Source: Octopus bimaculoides (taxonomy: Eukaryota). From it: a stretch of 64,000 bases of DNA. The notes beneath the pieces were generated by a model, which was given only the letters and a program-made list of their open reading frames with translations, ran no database searches and was not told the origin of the DNA. The translations under genes were made by a program, and so were the position numbers. The stretch covers positions 18,413,059 to 18,477,058 of the forward strand of contig NC_068988.1 of NCBI RefSeq assembly GCF_001194135.2, read 5' to 3'. Positions within the stretch are counted from its first letter, which is position 1; every line of letters begins with the position of its first letter. This document shows positions 26,810 to 38,518 of this stretch, piece by piece.

Positions 26810-27935
26810 TTTAAATCAAGAATGTAATCACCGTTGTTTTCAATGGGAAAGTAACATTTTTATGCCACTTTCAAAGAAATCTATTTCTTTTTCTGGAAAA
26901 AAGTCTGAAAGATTGTTTTCAACTTCCTCCCTGCTTCTGAGTGTTTTGCCTCTTACAAAATGTTCTAGAGATCAGAACACTTGGAAATCTGTATATCCTA
27001 AGTCAGGTGAGTATGGAGGATGTGGAAGAACTTCCCATCCTAACAATCTTACTTATTCTTGGGTTTGTTTTGAAGAGTGTGGCCATGCATTGTCTAACAA
27101 AACTGGCCACTTCTGACATAATTTTTCATTTACAAGATCAAGTTGTTGGCAGTAGACATCTGCATTTATGCTCCTTCTGTGTTCCAGTAGCTCATAATAG
27201 AAGATACCTTTCATATTACACGAAACACAGAGCAAGGATTTTTATGGATGGAGGTCGGATTTTGGTTTTAGCACTGGCCTCTCATTACATGATAACCATT
27301 GTCTTTTTCATTTTCTGTTGTGATGCAAAACCCATTTGTGGTTGGCGTTAGGAAGGGCATCCAGCTGTAGAAACTCTGCCAAATTAGATTGGAGCCTGGT
27401 GTTGCCGTCCGGTTTCACCAGTCCTCAGTCAAATCGTCCAACCCATGCTAGCATGGAAAGCGGACATTAAACGATGATGATGATGATGATGATGTAGAAA
27501 TGATAGGTTGTTTATCCTGGTTAGAAGACTGCTGCAGATGGTGGAATTTTGTGTTCAGTTCTCAAGTGTATGCTCATGTGGAATCCAAATTCCTTCTTTG
27601 CATGTTTATTCAATTTGCTTGAGATGTTTGTGGATAGTTGAACATGACGCATTAAATTTTTATGCTAAATCTCTGGTGAATTGACGTGGATCTGATACAA
27701 TGGTCTCATTCAAAATGTCATTCAGAGTGGGTTATCTTCCAGAGTGAGGCTTGTTGGATATGTCTCAATTGCCATCTTTAAACCTTTTAAACTACAGCTG
27801 ACATGTATAAAATTTCACTGCATCTGGATACACTTCACAAATGTTTTCCATTGCTTCTGTTGTGATACTTTTCTTTCAAAACTCATACAGTAAACAATGG
27901 CAAATATGTTGTTTCATAAAGTTCTTATCCTCCAT
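26810..27935 (-). pseudogene. Mariner transposase pseudogene
   Basis: ATG at 27935 (MEDKNFMKQHICHCLLYEF), HTH region, WIPHE (WVPHEL-like), KWVLHHN, LLDNAWPH and LPHPPYSPDL motifs. Multiple in-frame stops; interrupted by a family E insertion. Confidence 0.9.
27338..27494 (+). mobile_element. Family E element nested in the mariner
   Basis: GTGGTTGGCGTTAGGAAGGGCATCCAGCTGTAG...GCATGGAAAGCGGACATTAAAC-(GAT)n; mariner coding sequence resumes on both sides. Confidence 0.9.
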
Positions 27936-29078
27936 GGGATTAATTACCAAAATAACTATGAATGTCACGCTACCGGATAGAAGAGATGATGTACTATTTC
28001 TAGACAGTTCCCATCCATTTGACCTTGGCTCTGATGTGATTGGTTGATTCATATTTCATCGTGGTGGAAAACACAATTACTTTCTGAAGAACACTGGATT
28101 TTNNNNNNNNNNNNNNNNNNNNNNNNNNNNNNNNNNNNNNNNNNNNNNNNNNNNNNNNNNNNNNNNNNNNNNNNNNNNNNNNNNNNNNNNNNNNNNNNNN
28201 NNNNNNNNNNNNNNNNNNNNNNNNNNNNNNNNNNNNNNNNNNNNNNNNNNNNNNNNNNNNNNNNNNNNNNNNNNNNNNNNNNNNNNNNNNNNNNNNNNNN
28301 NNNNNNNNNNNNNNNNNNNNNNNNNNNNNNNNNNNNNNNNNNNNNNNNNNNNNNNNNNNNNNNNNNNNNNNNNNNNNNNNNNNNNNNNNNNNNNNNNNNN
28401 NNNNNNNNNNNNNNNNNNNNNNNNNNNNNNNNNNNNNNNNNNNNNNNNNNNNNNNNNNNNNNNNNNNNNNNNNNNNNNNNNNNNNNNNNNNNNNNNNNNN
28501 NNNNNNNNNNNNNNNNNNNNNNNNNNNNNNNNNNNNNNNNNNNNNNNNNNNNNNNNNNNNNNNNNNNNNNNNNNNNNNNNNNNNNNNNNNNNNNNNNNNN
28601 NNNNNNNNNNNNNNNNNNNNNNNNNNNNNNNNNNNNNNNNNNNNNNNNNNNNNNNNNNNNNNNNNNNNNNNNNNNNNNNNNNNNNNNNNNNNNNNNNNNN
28701 NNNNNNNNNNNNNNNNNNNNNNNNNNNNNNNNNNNNNNNNNNNNNNNNNNNNNNNNNNNNNNNNNNNNNNNNNNNNNNNNNNNNNNNNNNNNNNNNNNNN
28801 NNNNNNNNNNNNNNNNNNNNNNNNNNNNNNNNNNNNNNNNNNNNNNNNNNNNNNNNNNNNNNNNNNNNNNNNNNNNNNNNNNNNNNNNNNNNNNNNNNNN
28901 NNNNNNNNNNNNNNNNNNNNNNNNNNNNNNNNNNNNNNNNNNNNNNNNNNNNNNNNNNNNNNNNNNNNNNNNNNNNNNNNNNNNNNNNNNNNNNNNNNNN
29001 NNNNNNNNNNNNNNNNNNNNNNNNNNNNNNNNNNNNNNNNNNNNNNNNNNNNNNNNNNNNNNNNNNNNNNNNNNNNNN

Positions 29079-29111
<33 letters not shown>

Positions 29112-29114
<3 letters not shown>

Positions 29115-29278
29115 GACGGGCTTCTTTCAGTTTCCATCTACCAAATCCACTCCCAAGGCTTTGGTCGGCCCGAAGCTATAGTAGAAGACACTTGCCCAAG
29201 GTGACACGCAGTGGGACTGAACCCGGAACCATGTGGCTGGTAAGCAAGCTACTTACCACACAGCCACTCCTGCGCCTA
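29112..29278 (-). mobile_element. SINE family A, 5' half (remainder probably in the adjacent gap)
   Basis: Ends ...TTACCACACAGCCACTCCTGCGCCTAT, the reverse of the complete tRNA-like head. Confidence 0.88.
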
Positions 29279-30394
29279 TATGGTCACTCCTCACTATCTA
29301 CCAGACTATCAAATTTCATTATACACTGCTGGTCACAATGCTCTTACTTGTATTGTTGTAGCTTTTGAATAATGCCCCCTTGCTGGCTAGGCAAGCAGAT
29401 CTCTGGTACATGATTGATCAAAACTATGACATTCCCCAGTCAACAGAATGTCCATCTATCACAGAGTAACTGATTTATAACTGAGTGAGCTGGGCAGCAT
29501 AATATGATGTGCTTTCCTCAAGAACAGTGCTCCACCAGTCTGGAATTCAAGGCCACAATCTTGCAGTTGTGAGTACAATGCCCTAACACCGAGGTGATGT
29601 ACTTTCTCACAAATATGTATATTTTTGTGGAGGCATATTTCATCTATCATATGGTGGATCAGTACATTTATCCATTCAGTATTTCAATGTAAATGTTGTT
29701 TTGTTTTGGCTGTATAATTCCTAATTTTATGGCGTAAAGTTATGAAATTTTAAGTTGTTACTACTGCATTCATTCTGAAAAATGTTATGGTAATTACTAA
29801 CTGATTGATTTACAGAATTGATCTATTTATTAATAACTGATTGATAATTATTTTTTATGACTGGATAATCAATTTATAAAATAATGTAACTACTTAGAAA
29901 CAGAAAAAGCAAAGCAAAATTACAGATCAATTTCCCTTTAAGATCAATGATAGATATGCTGATATAATTAGTACTAAGGACAACAAATATATTTGTACTT
30001 AAAGATGCTCAGATAACCATACGAGATTTAAAAGAGCACCATCATGACAAAATCAGACGTGCAGCTTCTTTCATCTCAAAGACATATCTAAGAGACAGTT
30101 CATGATCCCCTGTATTCTTGAAGATGGAAGTTACAAAAGATGTTTGATGTTTGTGAACTTAACTTTTCAAAGTTTGTATTCCATACTCTGAGATAATTTA
30201 CAATTATAACTTATTCTTATTCAGCCATTAGGTCGTGGCCATGCTTGAGCACTGATTTGAAAGCTTTAGTCATTCATATTAACAATGGAATTGTTTTTAA
30301 CTTAAGTACTTAGATTTTTGCAATTTGTGTCTATTGTGCTGTCAAATGCAAGGACAGACATAGAAACAACACATAAGCATGCACACACACACAC

Positions 30395-31830
30395 ACACAC
30401 ACACACATTGGCGTTTGGAAGGGCATCCAGCTGTAAAAGCCTTGCCAAAACTGACCTCACCTGTGCTTGTGCCATGTAAAAAGCATTAGGTCTACTCTGC
30501 TGAGTGGTTGGTGTTAAGAAGGGCATCCAGCTGTAAAAATCCTGCCAAAACTGTCACAGAAGTTTGATGCAGGCTTCTGCCTGCTGGCTCCTTTCAAACT
30601 GTCCCACCCATGCCAGTATGGAAGGTGGATGCTAAACAATGATGATGATGATGATGATGATACATATATATATANNNNNNNNNNNNNNNNNNNNNNNNNN
30701 NNNNNNNNNNNNNNNNNTATGAACCAAATTCGATGACTGGCACCTGTGCCAGTGGAGCGCTAACAGCACCATCCGAGCGGGATCACTGCCAGAGCAGCTG
30801 TCTGGCTTCTGTGCCAGTGGCATGTAAATAGCACCATTTGAGCGTGATCATTACCAGTGTTGCCTTCCTGGCACTTGTGCCGGTGGCATACGAAAAAACA
30901 TTCGAGCGAGGTTGTTGCCAGTGCCGCTGGACTGGCTCTTGTGCAAATGGCACATAAAAGACACCATTTTGAGTGTGGCCATTGCCAGTACTGCCTGACT
31001 GGCCCTCGTGCCAGTGGCGTGTAAAACCATCCACTACATTCTCGGAGTGGTTGGCGTTAGGAAGGACATCCAGCTGTAGAAACTCTGCCAGATCAGATAG
31101 GAGCCTGGTGCAGCCATCTGGTTTGCCAGTCTTCAGTCAAATGATCCAACCCATGCTAGCATGAAAAGCAGACATTAAATGATGATGATGATGATGTACA
31201 CACATACATAAATACATACACATATATGAACATATATACCTACATATATCATTATGATCCTCATTTTAACATCCGTTTTCCATGCTGGCATGTGTTGGAT
31301 GGTTTGACAAGGAACTGGCAAGCAGGAGAGCTGCACCAAGCTCCTGTTATCTGTTTTTGCATGGTTTCTACAGCTAGATACCCTTCCTAATGCCAACCAC
31401 TTTACAGAGTGTACTGGGTGCTTTTTTTTACATAGCACTAATATCAGTACTCTATCCATGGCACTAGCACAGACACTTTCCCTTAGCAACTGGCACAGAC
31501 ACTCTGAAGTGGCACTCTTAAATGGCACCAGTATGGGTGCCTTTATGTGTCACCAACTCAAGTGCTTTTATGTGGCGCCGAAATATGTGCTTTTTTTTAC
31601 AAGACTTTTACTTAGTTTGACATGTCTTATCGAGTACAGCAAGCTGCCAGAAGTTTCTGTCTTCCAAGAAAAAAACATGTTTGACCATACAGAAATAATA
31701 TCTTGCTTGGAAACAAGTGAGTGAAGGGTAAGCAACAGGAAAGGCATCTGGCAGTAAATAATCTACTTCAAAATATTTCTATTTACATCATGCGAGCATG
31801 GAAAAGTGGATGTTAAACAATGATGAAGAC
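30395..31830. mobile_element. Cluster of family E elements in mixed orientation
   Basis: Plus copies at ~30395-30660, 30718-31195 (with ~65-bp internal tandem units TGTGCC.GTGGCA..TAAAA.GCACC) and 31720-31830; minus copy at ~31251-31560. All carry GAT tails. Confidence 0.85.
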
Positions 31831-32400
31831 GATGATAATGATGATGATGGTGGTGGTGGTGGTGGTGTTAATGATGAGGATGACCAACTGCTAACTCTCT
31901 CCAGCCACACTCATCAGTGATATACCCTCTATTGGTCATATAAAAATAATGCCGCATAACTGAAGAGGCTTTCAAAGTTTCCCCATCGATATGAGGCCCA
32001 CATCACGACTTGTACACTCAGACTTGTTTGTATGACATCATAGCTATCTCATGCCAATATTCACACATTATGCAGTAATTTTGTGTGTGTTTGTTTGTTT
32101 ATTAAAATATCGTACAAACTTCCGCAAGTTACAATCGGAATCTTCTTGCCAAATGAAATACAAGCATCAAAGGTTGAGTGCATTAATACCCCTAATTATT
32201 TTCCCATACAATAGTACGGTGAACCATTAATAAGTATAATGGATGCTGTTTTTGTACTCAAATGTCCATCAAAGCCATTGATCATAAATGCATGTGATAC
32301 TTTTAATTTTTAAATATCCAAATAAGAGATGGTCAGCATAGCATTTAGGTAAATGCCAACTAGACTGCTGGAGATTATCTGATAAGTAAAACAATATCAT

Positions 32401-32452
<52 letters not shown>

Positions 32453-32836
32453 TGTTGTTGGCACTCCGTTGCTTACGACGTCGAGGGTTCCAGTTGATCC
32501 GATCAACGGAACAGCCTGCTCGTGAAATTAACGTGCAAGTGGCTGAGAACTCCACAGACACGTGTACCCTTAACGTAGTTCTCAGGGATATTCAGCATGA
32601 CACAGTGTGACAAGGCTGGCCATTTGGATTACAGGCACAACAGAAACAGGAAGTAAGAGTGAGAGAAAGTTATGGCGAAAGAGTACAGCAGGGTTCGCCA
32701 CCATCCCCTGCCAGAGCCTCGTGGAGCTTTAGGTGTTTTTGCTCAATAAACACTCACAACACCCAGTCTGGGAATCGAAACCGCAATCCTATGACCGCGA
32801 GTCTGCTGCCCTAACCACTGGGCCATTGCGTCTTCA
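32453..32836 (-). mobile_element. SINE family B, near full length
   Basis: Reverse complement of 20714-21097; its tail abuts an (AAT)n tract at 32402-32450. Confidence 0.9.
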
Positions 32837-33094
32837 CTGTATTGCACTACCAACACAAAAATAAGATAGTACTGTCTTATAAACCTTTAATAGACTTAGT
32901 AGTATATTATGATTGCAAAACGAAATACAGTGTTCCTACCTACCTCAAACGAAATACCAAGTACTGACAACATCATCACCAACCACAAAACAGTGTAAAC
33001 TTCTGATGACTGGGTTAATATTAACTCTTAATTATAAGGACACTAATTAAAATCTGCAAATTTGTCTGCTGAAACTATTTTCATTATTGTCATC

Positions 33095-33270
33095 ATCATC
33101 ATAATCATCATCATCATCATCATCTAACATCTGTTTTCCATGCTGGCATGGGTTTGATGGTTTAACAGGAGCTAGCAAACCAGAGAACTGCACCAAGCTC
33201 CAAAGTCTGCCAAAGTAGACATTGGATGGATGCCTTTCTATGGTCCTAATGGCTGGATGCCCTTCCTCTT
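33095..33270 (-). mobile_element. Family E element, diverged
   Basis: (CAT)n then CTGTTTTCCATGCTGGCATGGG...GGATGCCCTTCC. Confidence 0.7.
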
Positions 33271-34008
33271 TCCAGCCATGGAACCAGTAGTATCAAGGTC
33301 ACTACATAGCTCACACGATATGACTCCTCAGCTAAGTGGGCAAATAGTATTAATACTGGTGACTTTACATCAGATGATGGAAGGTTGAAGTATGATAGAA
33401 GGTGTTTTGCCCTAGGAGAGATATATGATTGTCGTAGATGGAAATGAAAATATTTGAGAAGATAGGCAATAAAAAAGAATATTTAATGACATTTTGCTGT
33501 CATAGTTTCTTTCAGAATCATTTTGTAAACAAATTGTTGGATAGAATTTCTTTCTTATTTACTCTTAAAAATCAATAAGAGAATTATACTAAGCAATCAG
33601 TTTAATGATACATTAATTGTATTTGGAATTGTTACTACAATTAATGTGATTGCAGGAAAACTTAGTTTGATAATAGTTACTGAGGTGGTTTTTTTATGTT
33701 ATTTAAACTTTCTTAGATGTTAATAGCACTTAAACAAAGTTTAAACATATATGGTTGTGAATTAGTTAAACTGAATATATCTGTTTGTATTAAATGATTA
33801 TCTTTGTATGCATGGCAGAGACAAGACAGCAGCATACAGACAAACAGTCAAATGCAAAGAGAGATGTAGGCATTAGTGAGTTTAAATACACATGTCTGAT
33901 GCTCTTAGAGTTGGAAATAGCTTTACTAAAATTTATTTCTTCACTTTACAAATAGGGATAATTAAATTTCCTTTAAACCATATATATGCATACATACATA
34001 TATACATG

Positions 34009-34039
<31 letters not shown>

Positions 34040-34614
34040 AGATTTACACACGTGCAGATGGATGGATGGATGGATAGAAAGATTGTTCATGCATTGCTTT
34101 GACCAAGCATGTGTGTATTTTATCAAAATCCGTATACACCTACTGCAAGTATATATTAAAAGCACATATCTCCATACTACAGCATAAACATACACACTAT
34201 ATTACATACACATTCATACAAATGCTTATATTTAACAGGGGTGTAAACTAGTGTATCATGTTGCACTTCTTTATGTCAAAAATATACATCAGCTATTGAA
34301 TAAATGGACTTTGTGCATCAAACTAAAATAAACAGTTGTGGTGATATGATTGACTAAAAACAAAGGTAATACCTCCCTTAGCATGGCTATAATCCAATGG
34401 CTAAAACCACTCATCCAAATATAATTAAGGAATAAAACATCATCAAAAACAACAACATAGATAACAATATGTAAACCATCATTGTAGAAATATCACAGGA
34501 AGTGCTGGACAATCAGCTGATATGAAGCCATTACTTAATCACTGTTATATTTCCTGCATCCTTGAGTCAAGACAGGAAAAATAACCAGACACTGAGAAAG
34601 CATCACTGGCTATA

Positions 34615-35458
34615 CTCTTTTACTCTTTTACTTGTTTCATTCATTTGATTGTGGCCATACTGGAGCACCACCTTTAGTCGAGCAAATCGACCCCAGGACT
34701 TATTCTTTGTACTTATTCTATCGGTCTCTTTTGCCGAACTGCTAAGTTACGGGCACATAAACACACCAGCATCGGTTGTCAAGCGATGTTGGGGGGGACA
34801 AACACAGACACACAAACACACATATACATATACATATATATACGATGGACTTCTTTCAGTTTCCGTCTACTAAATGCACTCACAAAGCTTTGGTTGGCCC
34901 GAGGCTATAGTAGAAAACACTTGCCCAAGGTGTCACGCAGTGGGACTGAACCCGGAAACATGTGGTTGGTAAGCAAGCTACTTTATTTCATTAGCGATTT
35001 GCAATGAAGGCATTACAAAGAGGGGACGAACAAGGACAGACAAACATAAGGGGGAGTAGCTTAAACGTTTTTTTTACAAAAATAATATGCTTAAAAATTA
35101 GACACAAGAATCATTGTGTTTTGCAATGAGGCAGCTAGAAGGAAGGCACCCGACCATCCTGGTAGAACTTTTGCTTCCCAAATTGACCTAACTTACTTGG
35201 TAACAATCGCACTCAGCTTGCGTTCCACAGACTTCCATCTTTTCACAAACATATCCCTCTCCAGCCTGATCTTACTACTGAGGTGGTAACTAAAAAAGTT
35301 AACCAACCCCTGGCCGGAGACAAAGGTACCTGTCACTATACCTTTCACATGCGTCTTCCATACTGTTTCTTTCAGTATGGCTACTATGCAGGAAAAACAG
35401 GCCTTCCTTTCCCTGTTAAGGAAAGGAGGTGGTTACCACACAGCCACTCCTGCGCCTA
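34615..35458 (-). mobile_element. SINE family A, full length, split by a LINE insertion
   Basis: Tail and body at 34615-34981, head remnant TTACCACACAGCCACTCCTGCGCCTA at 35433-35458; the uninterrupted junction is visible at 29112-29278. Confidence 0.9.
34982..35432 (-). mobile_element. 5'-truncated L1/Tx1-like LINE (ORF2 C-terminus plus 3' UTR)
   Basis: Open frame 35432-35193: PPPFLNRERKACFSCIVAILKETVWKTHVKGIVTGTFVSGQGLVNFFSYHLSSKIRLERDMFVKRWKSVERKLSAIVTK-stop, then a UTR ending AATGAAATAAA. The clade call is from recalled C-terminal W...F..RW patterns. Confidence 0.65.
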
Positions 35459-35620
35459 TATTCATTCTATCAAAGTTTTGTCCAATTAGTTCAACATGTA
35501 ACACTTCTTTTCCTCTACCATCAAATACCTAGTAACAGATATATAGAACATTTATATATTTATCAAATACCCCCAACTCCCTAAAAGACCTGTTATAAGC
35601 ATTGCAATATTTACTGTTAT

Positions 35621-35830
35621 GAAGGCAGTGAGCTGGCAAAAACGTTAGCACACTGAACAAAATGCCTAGTGGTATTTCATCTGTCTTTATGTTCTGAATT
35701 CAAATTCTGCCGAGGTTGACTTTGCCTTTCATTCTTTCAAGGTCGATAAATTAAGTACCAGTTGCATACTTATTGGACTGGCTCCCTCCCCCAAAATTTC
35801 AGGCCTTGTGCCTAGAGTAGGAAAGGAAAG
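35621..35830 (+). mobile_element. SINE family C with 16-bp target-site duplication
   Basis: Direct repeat AATATTTACTGTTATG at 35606-35621 and 35831-35846 flanks the element. Confidence 0.9.
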
Positions 35831-35855
35831 AATATTTACTGTTATGTACAAAACT

Positions 35856-36248
35856 GTGGAGGTGCAATGGCCCAGTGGTTAGGGAAGCGGACTCGCGGTC
35901 ATAGGATCGCGGTTTCGACTCCCAGACCGGGTGTTGTGAGTGTTTATTGAGTGAAAACATCCAAATCTCCACGAGGCTCCGACAGGGGATGGTAGCAAAC
36001 CCTCCTGTACTCTTTCACCACAACTTTCTCTTACTCTTACTTCCTGTTTCTGCTGTGCCTGTAATTCAAAGGGTCAGCCTTGTCACAGTGTGTCACGCTG
36101 AATATCCCCGAGAACTACATTAAGGGTACACGTGTCTGTGGAATGCTCAGCCACTTGCATGTTAATTTCACAAGCAGGCTGTTCCGTTGATCGGATCAAC
36201 TGGAACCCTCGACGTCGTAAGCGACGGAGTGCCAACAACAACAACAAC
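35856..36248 (+). mobile_element. SINE family B, near full length with (AAC)n tail
   Basis: GGAGGTGCAATGGCCCAGTGGTTAG...GTTTCGACTCCC head; GGAGTGCC-(AAC)n end. Confidence 0.9.
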
Positions 36249-36919
36249 GTAGGATAGGTGTAAGAGGCTGGATATGGCCAGTTTAAATGCTAAGGGTTAA
36301 ATTCCATCTCTTAAGTAGTTAACTCCTTGATTATCCTAGGTTTTAATTTTTGAGTAAACCAATTAGAATGGACTCAAGACTTAAGTTCGTCTGTGATAGC
36401 AAATTTGTATTAAATGATTAAGTATGTATGGCAGAGAGAAGATAGACACGTATAGAAAGACAGACAGAAACAGACAAACAGGCAGTGTGATAGACAATCA
36501 GTGGCATTCGTGTCCTAGGTCTCTAAGTAGTGTGGCTATGGTTCCTCCATAATTCCAGACCTTATTTGTTTAAGAAATTGTTTATTCTGAAAAACTTTGC
36601 AGTATGTGTCAACAAAAATTCTGAAGTGATCTTTAATTGAGCATTGGTTTTGGGTTAGTTCCAACCAACTGATATGGAAAATGATATGGAAAAGCTTAAT
36701 TCCAACCAACTGATTTGGAAAATAGTATCAAGGAAAAGCAAGAATACTAGAGTATAACCTTCAGAATATAATGATATCTTACATACTGCAATAACAAACC
36801 ACATTTCAAGCTGAATGCAGCTAAGGTTTCAATAATTGCAGACATCTGATTCATCAGAAATGTGTTTCCATGCCTATGTATCTCTGAGTAATGGCTATGT
36901 GAATCATTTACTTCCAATG

Positions 36920-37004
<85 letters not shown>

Positions 37005-37006
<2 letters not shown>

Positions 37007-37166
37007 GGTCTCAAAAGTGACAGAGGGTCTGACCAGCACCAGTTATTGCTAGAAACAAGAGTTGATCAGTCATTAAGATAGTACTTTTGTGGCTTTTGAG
37101 TCGTTTTCACTCTTGTTTCTAGCAATAGCTAGCGCTGGTCAGTACCCTCTGTCATTTTGTTACCTC
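37005..37166. repeat. Fold-back element, ~58-bp arms with ~46-bp loop
   Basis: AAAAGTGACAGAGGGTCTGACCAGCACCAGTTATTGCTAGAAACAAGAGT (to 37062) vs reverse complement of 37109-37166. Confidence 0.85.
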
Positions 37167-37748
37167 AGTTAAATTTGCCTTTAGATTCAAATTGCTAATA
37201 AGCCACTCATTTTCTTTGTTATATATTTTTAAAATTTTATTTATAGTTTCAGCTTAGAGCTGCGGCCATATATACACATGTATGTGTGTGCATATATATA
37301 TACATATACATACAAACATACACACATACATGCATACATACATACATACATACATACATACATGTATATATCTATATACGTATATATGTGTGTATGGATT
37401 ACTGAAACATATAGACATTAGAAGCACACATTATATCTACTATTTCAGTTTGTGAAATTGTTTCAATGACTATTTTTTAATACTTAATAGTAGCTAATTT
37501 TATAACAAACTAAGACAAAAGTGGAGCTCAGTTTATTTCAATAAGTCTGGCATGAAAAACCCTGAGATCACGCCATCGCATACATTTAAGTTAAGGCATA
37601 CATGGAATGAATGCACATATGTTTGATTTGCAATGGATAGCAAGGCCTTATTGTCATCACACACACAGAGATTTCCTAAATGGAAGTCACTATACTTCAA
37701 TACACACACACAAACACACGCACATGCATGCATACACACATTCATATA

Positions 37749-37982
37749 TTATCTGAAGTGTGCAGTATTATATATCCATCACAGCTAATCTTACCAATCG
37801 CTTTCACACTAGGAGTACAACAGAGTATTATGACTACCATATTTCATTCCATATCAGCTACCTCTGATGAGTGTAGGGCTAAATAATTGAATGGTTACCT
37901 AACAATCTGCTGTATCCTTAGTGCAAAACCGATTGGTAAGATCAGCCATGATGGATATATGATATTGTACACTTCAGATAAT
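37749..37982. repeat. Fold-back element, ~65-90-bp arms
   Basis: TATCTGAAGTGTGCAGTATTATATATCCATCACAGCTAATCTTACCAATCG vs reverse complement TATCTGAAGTGTACAATATCATATATCCATCATGGCTGATCTTACCAATCG; mismatches are mostly transitions. Confidence 0.85.
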
Positions 37983-38351
37983 ATACCCACTTGACAGATA
38001 TAGAGTGCAGCTTTTCCCTGACCTATGAACTTTTAGATGACTTACGTATATATATATATATATNNNNNNNNNNNNNNNNNNNNNNNNNNNNNNNNNNNNN
38101 NNNNNNNNNNNNNNNNNNNNNNNNNNNNNNNNNNNNNNNNNNNNNNNNNNNNNNNNNNNNNNNNNNNNNNNNNNNNNNNNNNNNNNNNNNNNNNNNNNNN
38201 NNNNNNNNNNNNNNNNNNNNNNNNNNNNNNNNNNNNNNNNNNNNNNNNNNNNNNNNNNNNNNNNNNNNNNNNNNNNNNNNNNNNNNNNNNNNNNNNNNNN
38301 NNNNNNNNNNNNNNNNNNNNNNNNNNNNNNNNNNNNNNNNNNNNNNNNNNN

Positions 38352-38518
38352 GATGCTGGTGTGCTTATGTCCCCTTAACTTAGTGGTTTGGCAAAAGGAG
38401 ACCGATAGAATAAGTACTAGGCTAACAAAGAATAAGTCCTGGGGTTGATTTGCTCGACTAAAGGCAGTGCTTCAGCATGGCCACAGTCAAATGACTGAAA
38501 CAAGTAAAAGAGTAAAAG
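38352..38518 (+). mobile_element. SINE family A, 3' half (5' half probably in the gap)
   Basis: GATGCTGGTGTG...ACCGATAGAATAAGTACTAGGC...GACTGAAACAAGTAAAAGAGTAAAAGA. Confidence 0.85.

Larger units (their letters stand above)
26734..28095 (-). mobile_element. Full-length decayed mariner DNA transposon (DD34D type)
   Basis: Left TIR TTAGGATGTTTGGAAAGTAATTGTGTTTCACCA preceded by TA; right TIR shares the 16-bp core AAACACAATTACTTTC (~28068-28084). The TIR resembles Hsmar1/MADE1 termini. Confidence 0.88.

Noticed and set aside
37863-37900. CTGATGA as another hammerhead core
   Set aside because: No stem II-GAAA-GUH arrangement follows.
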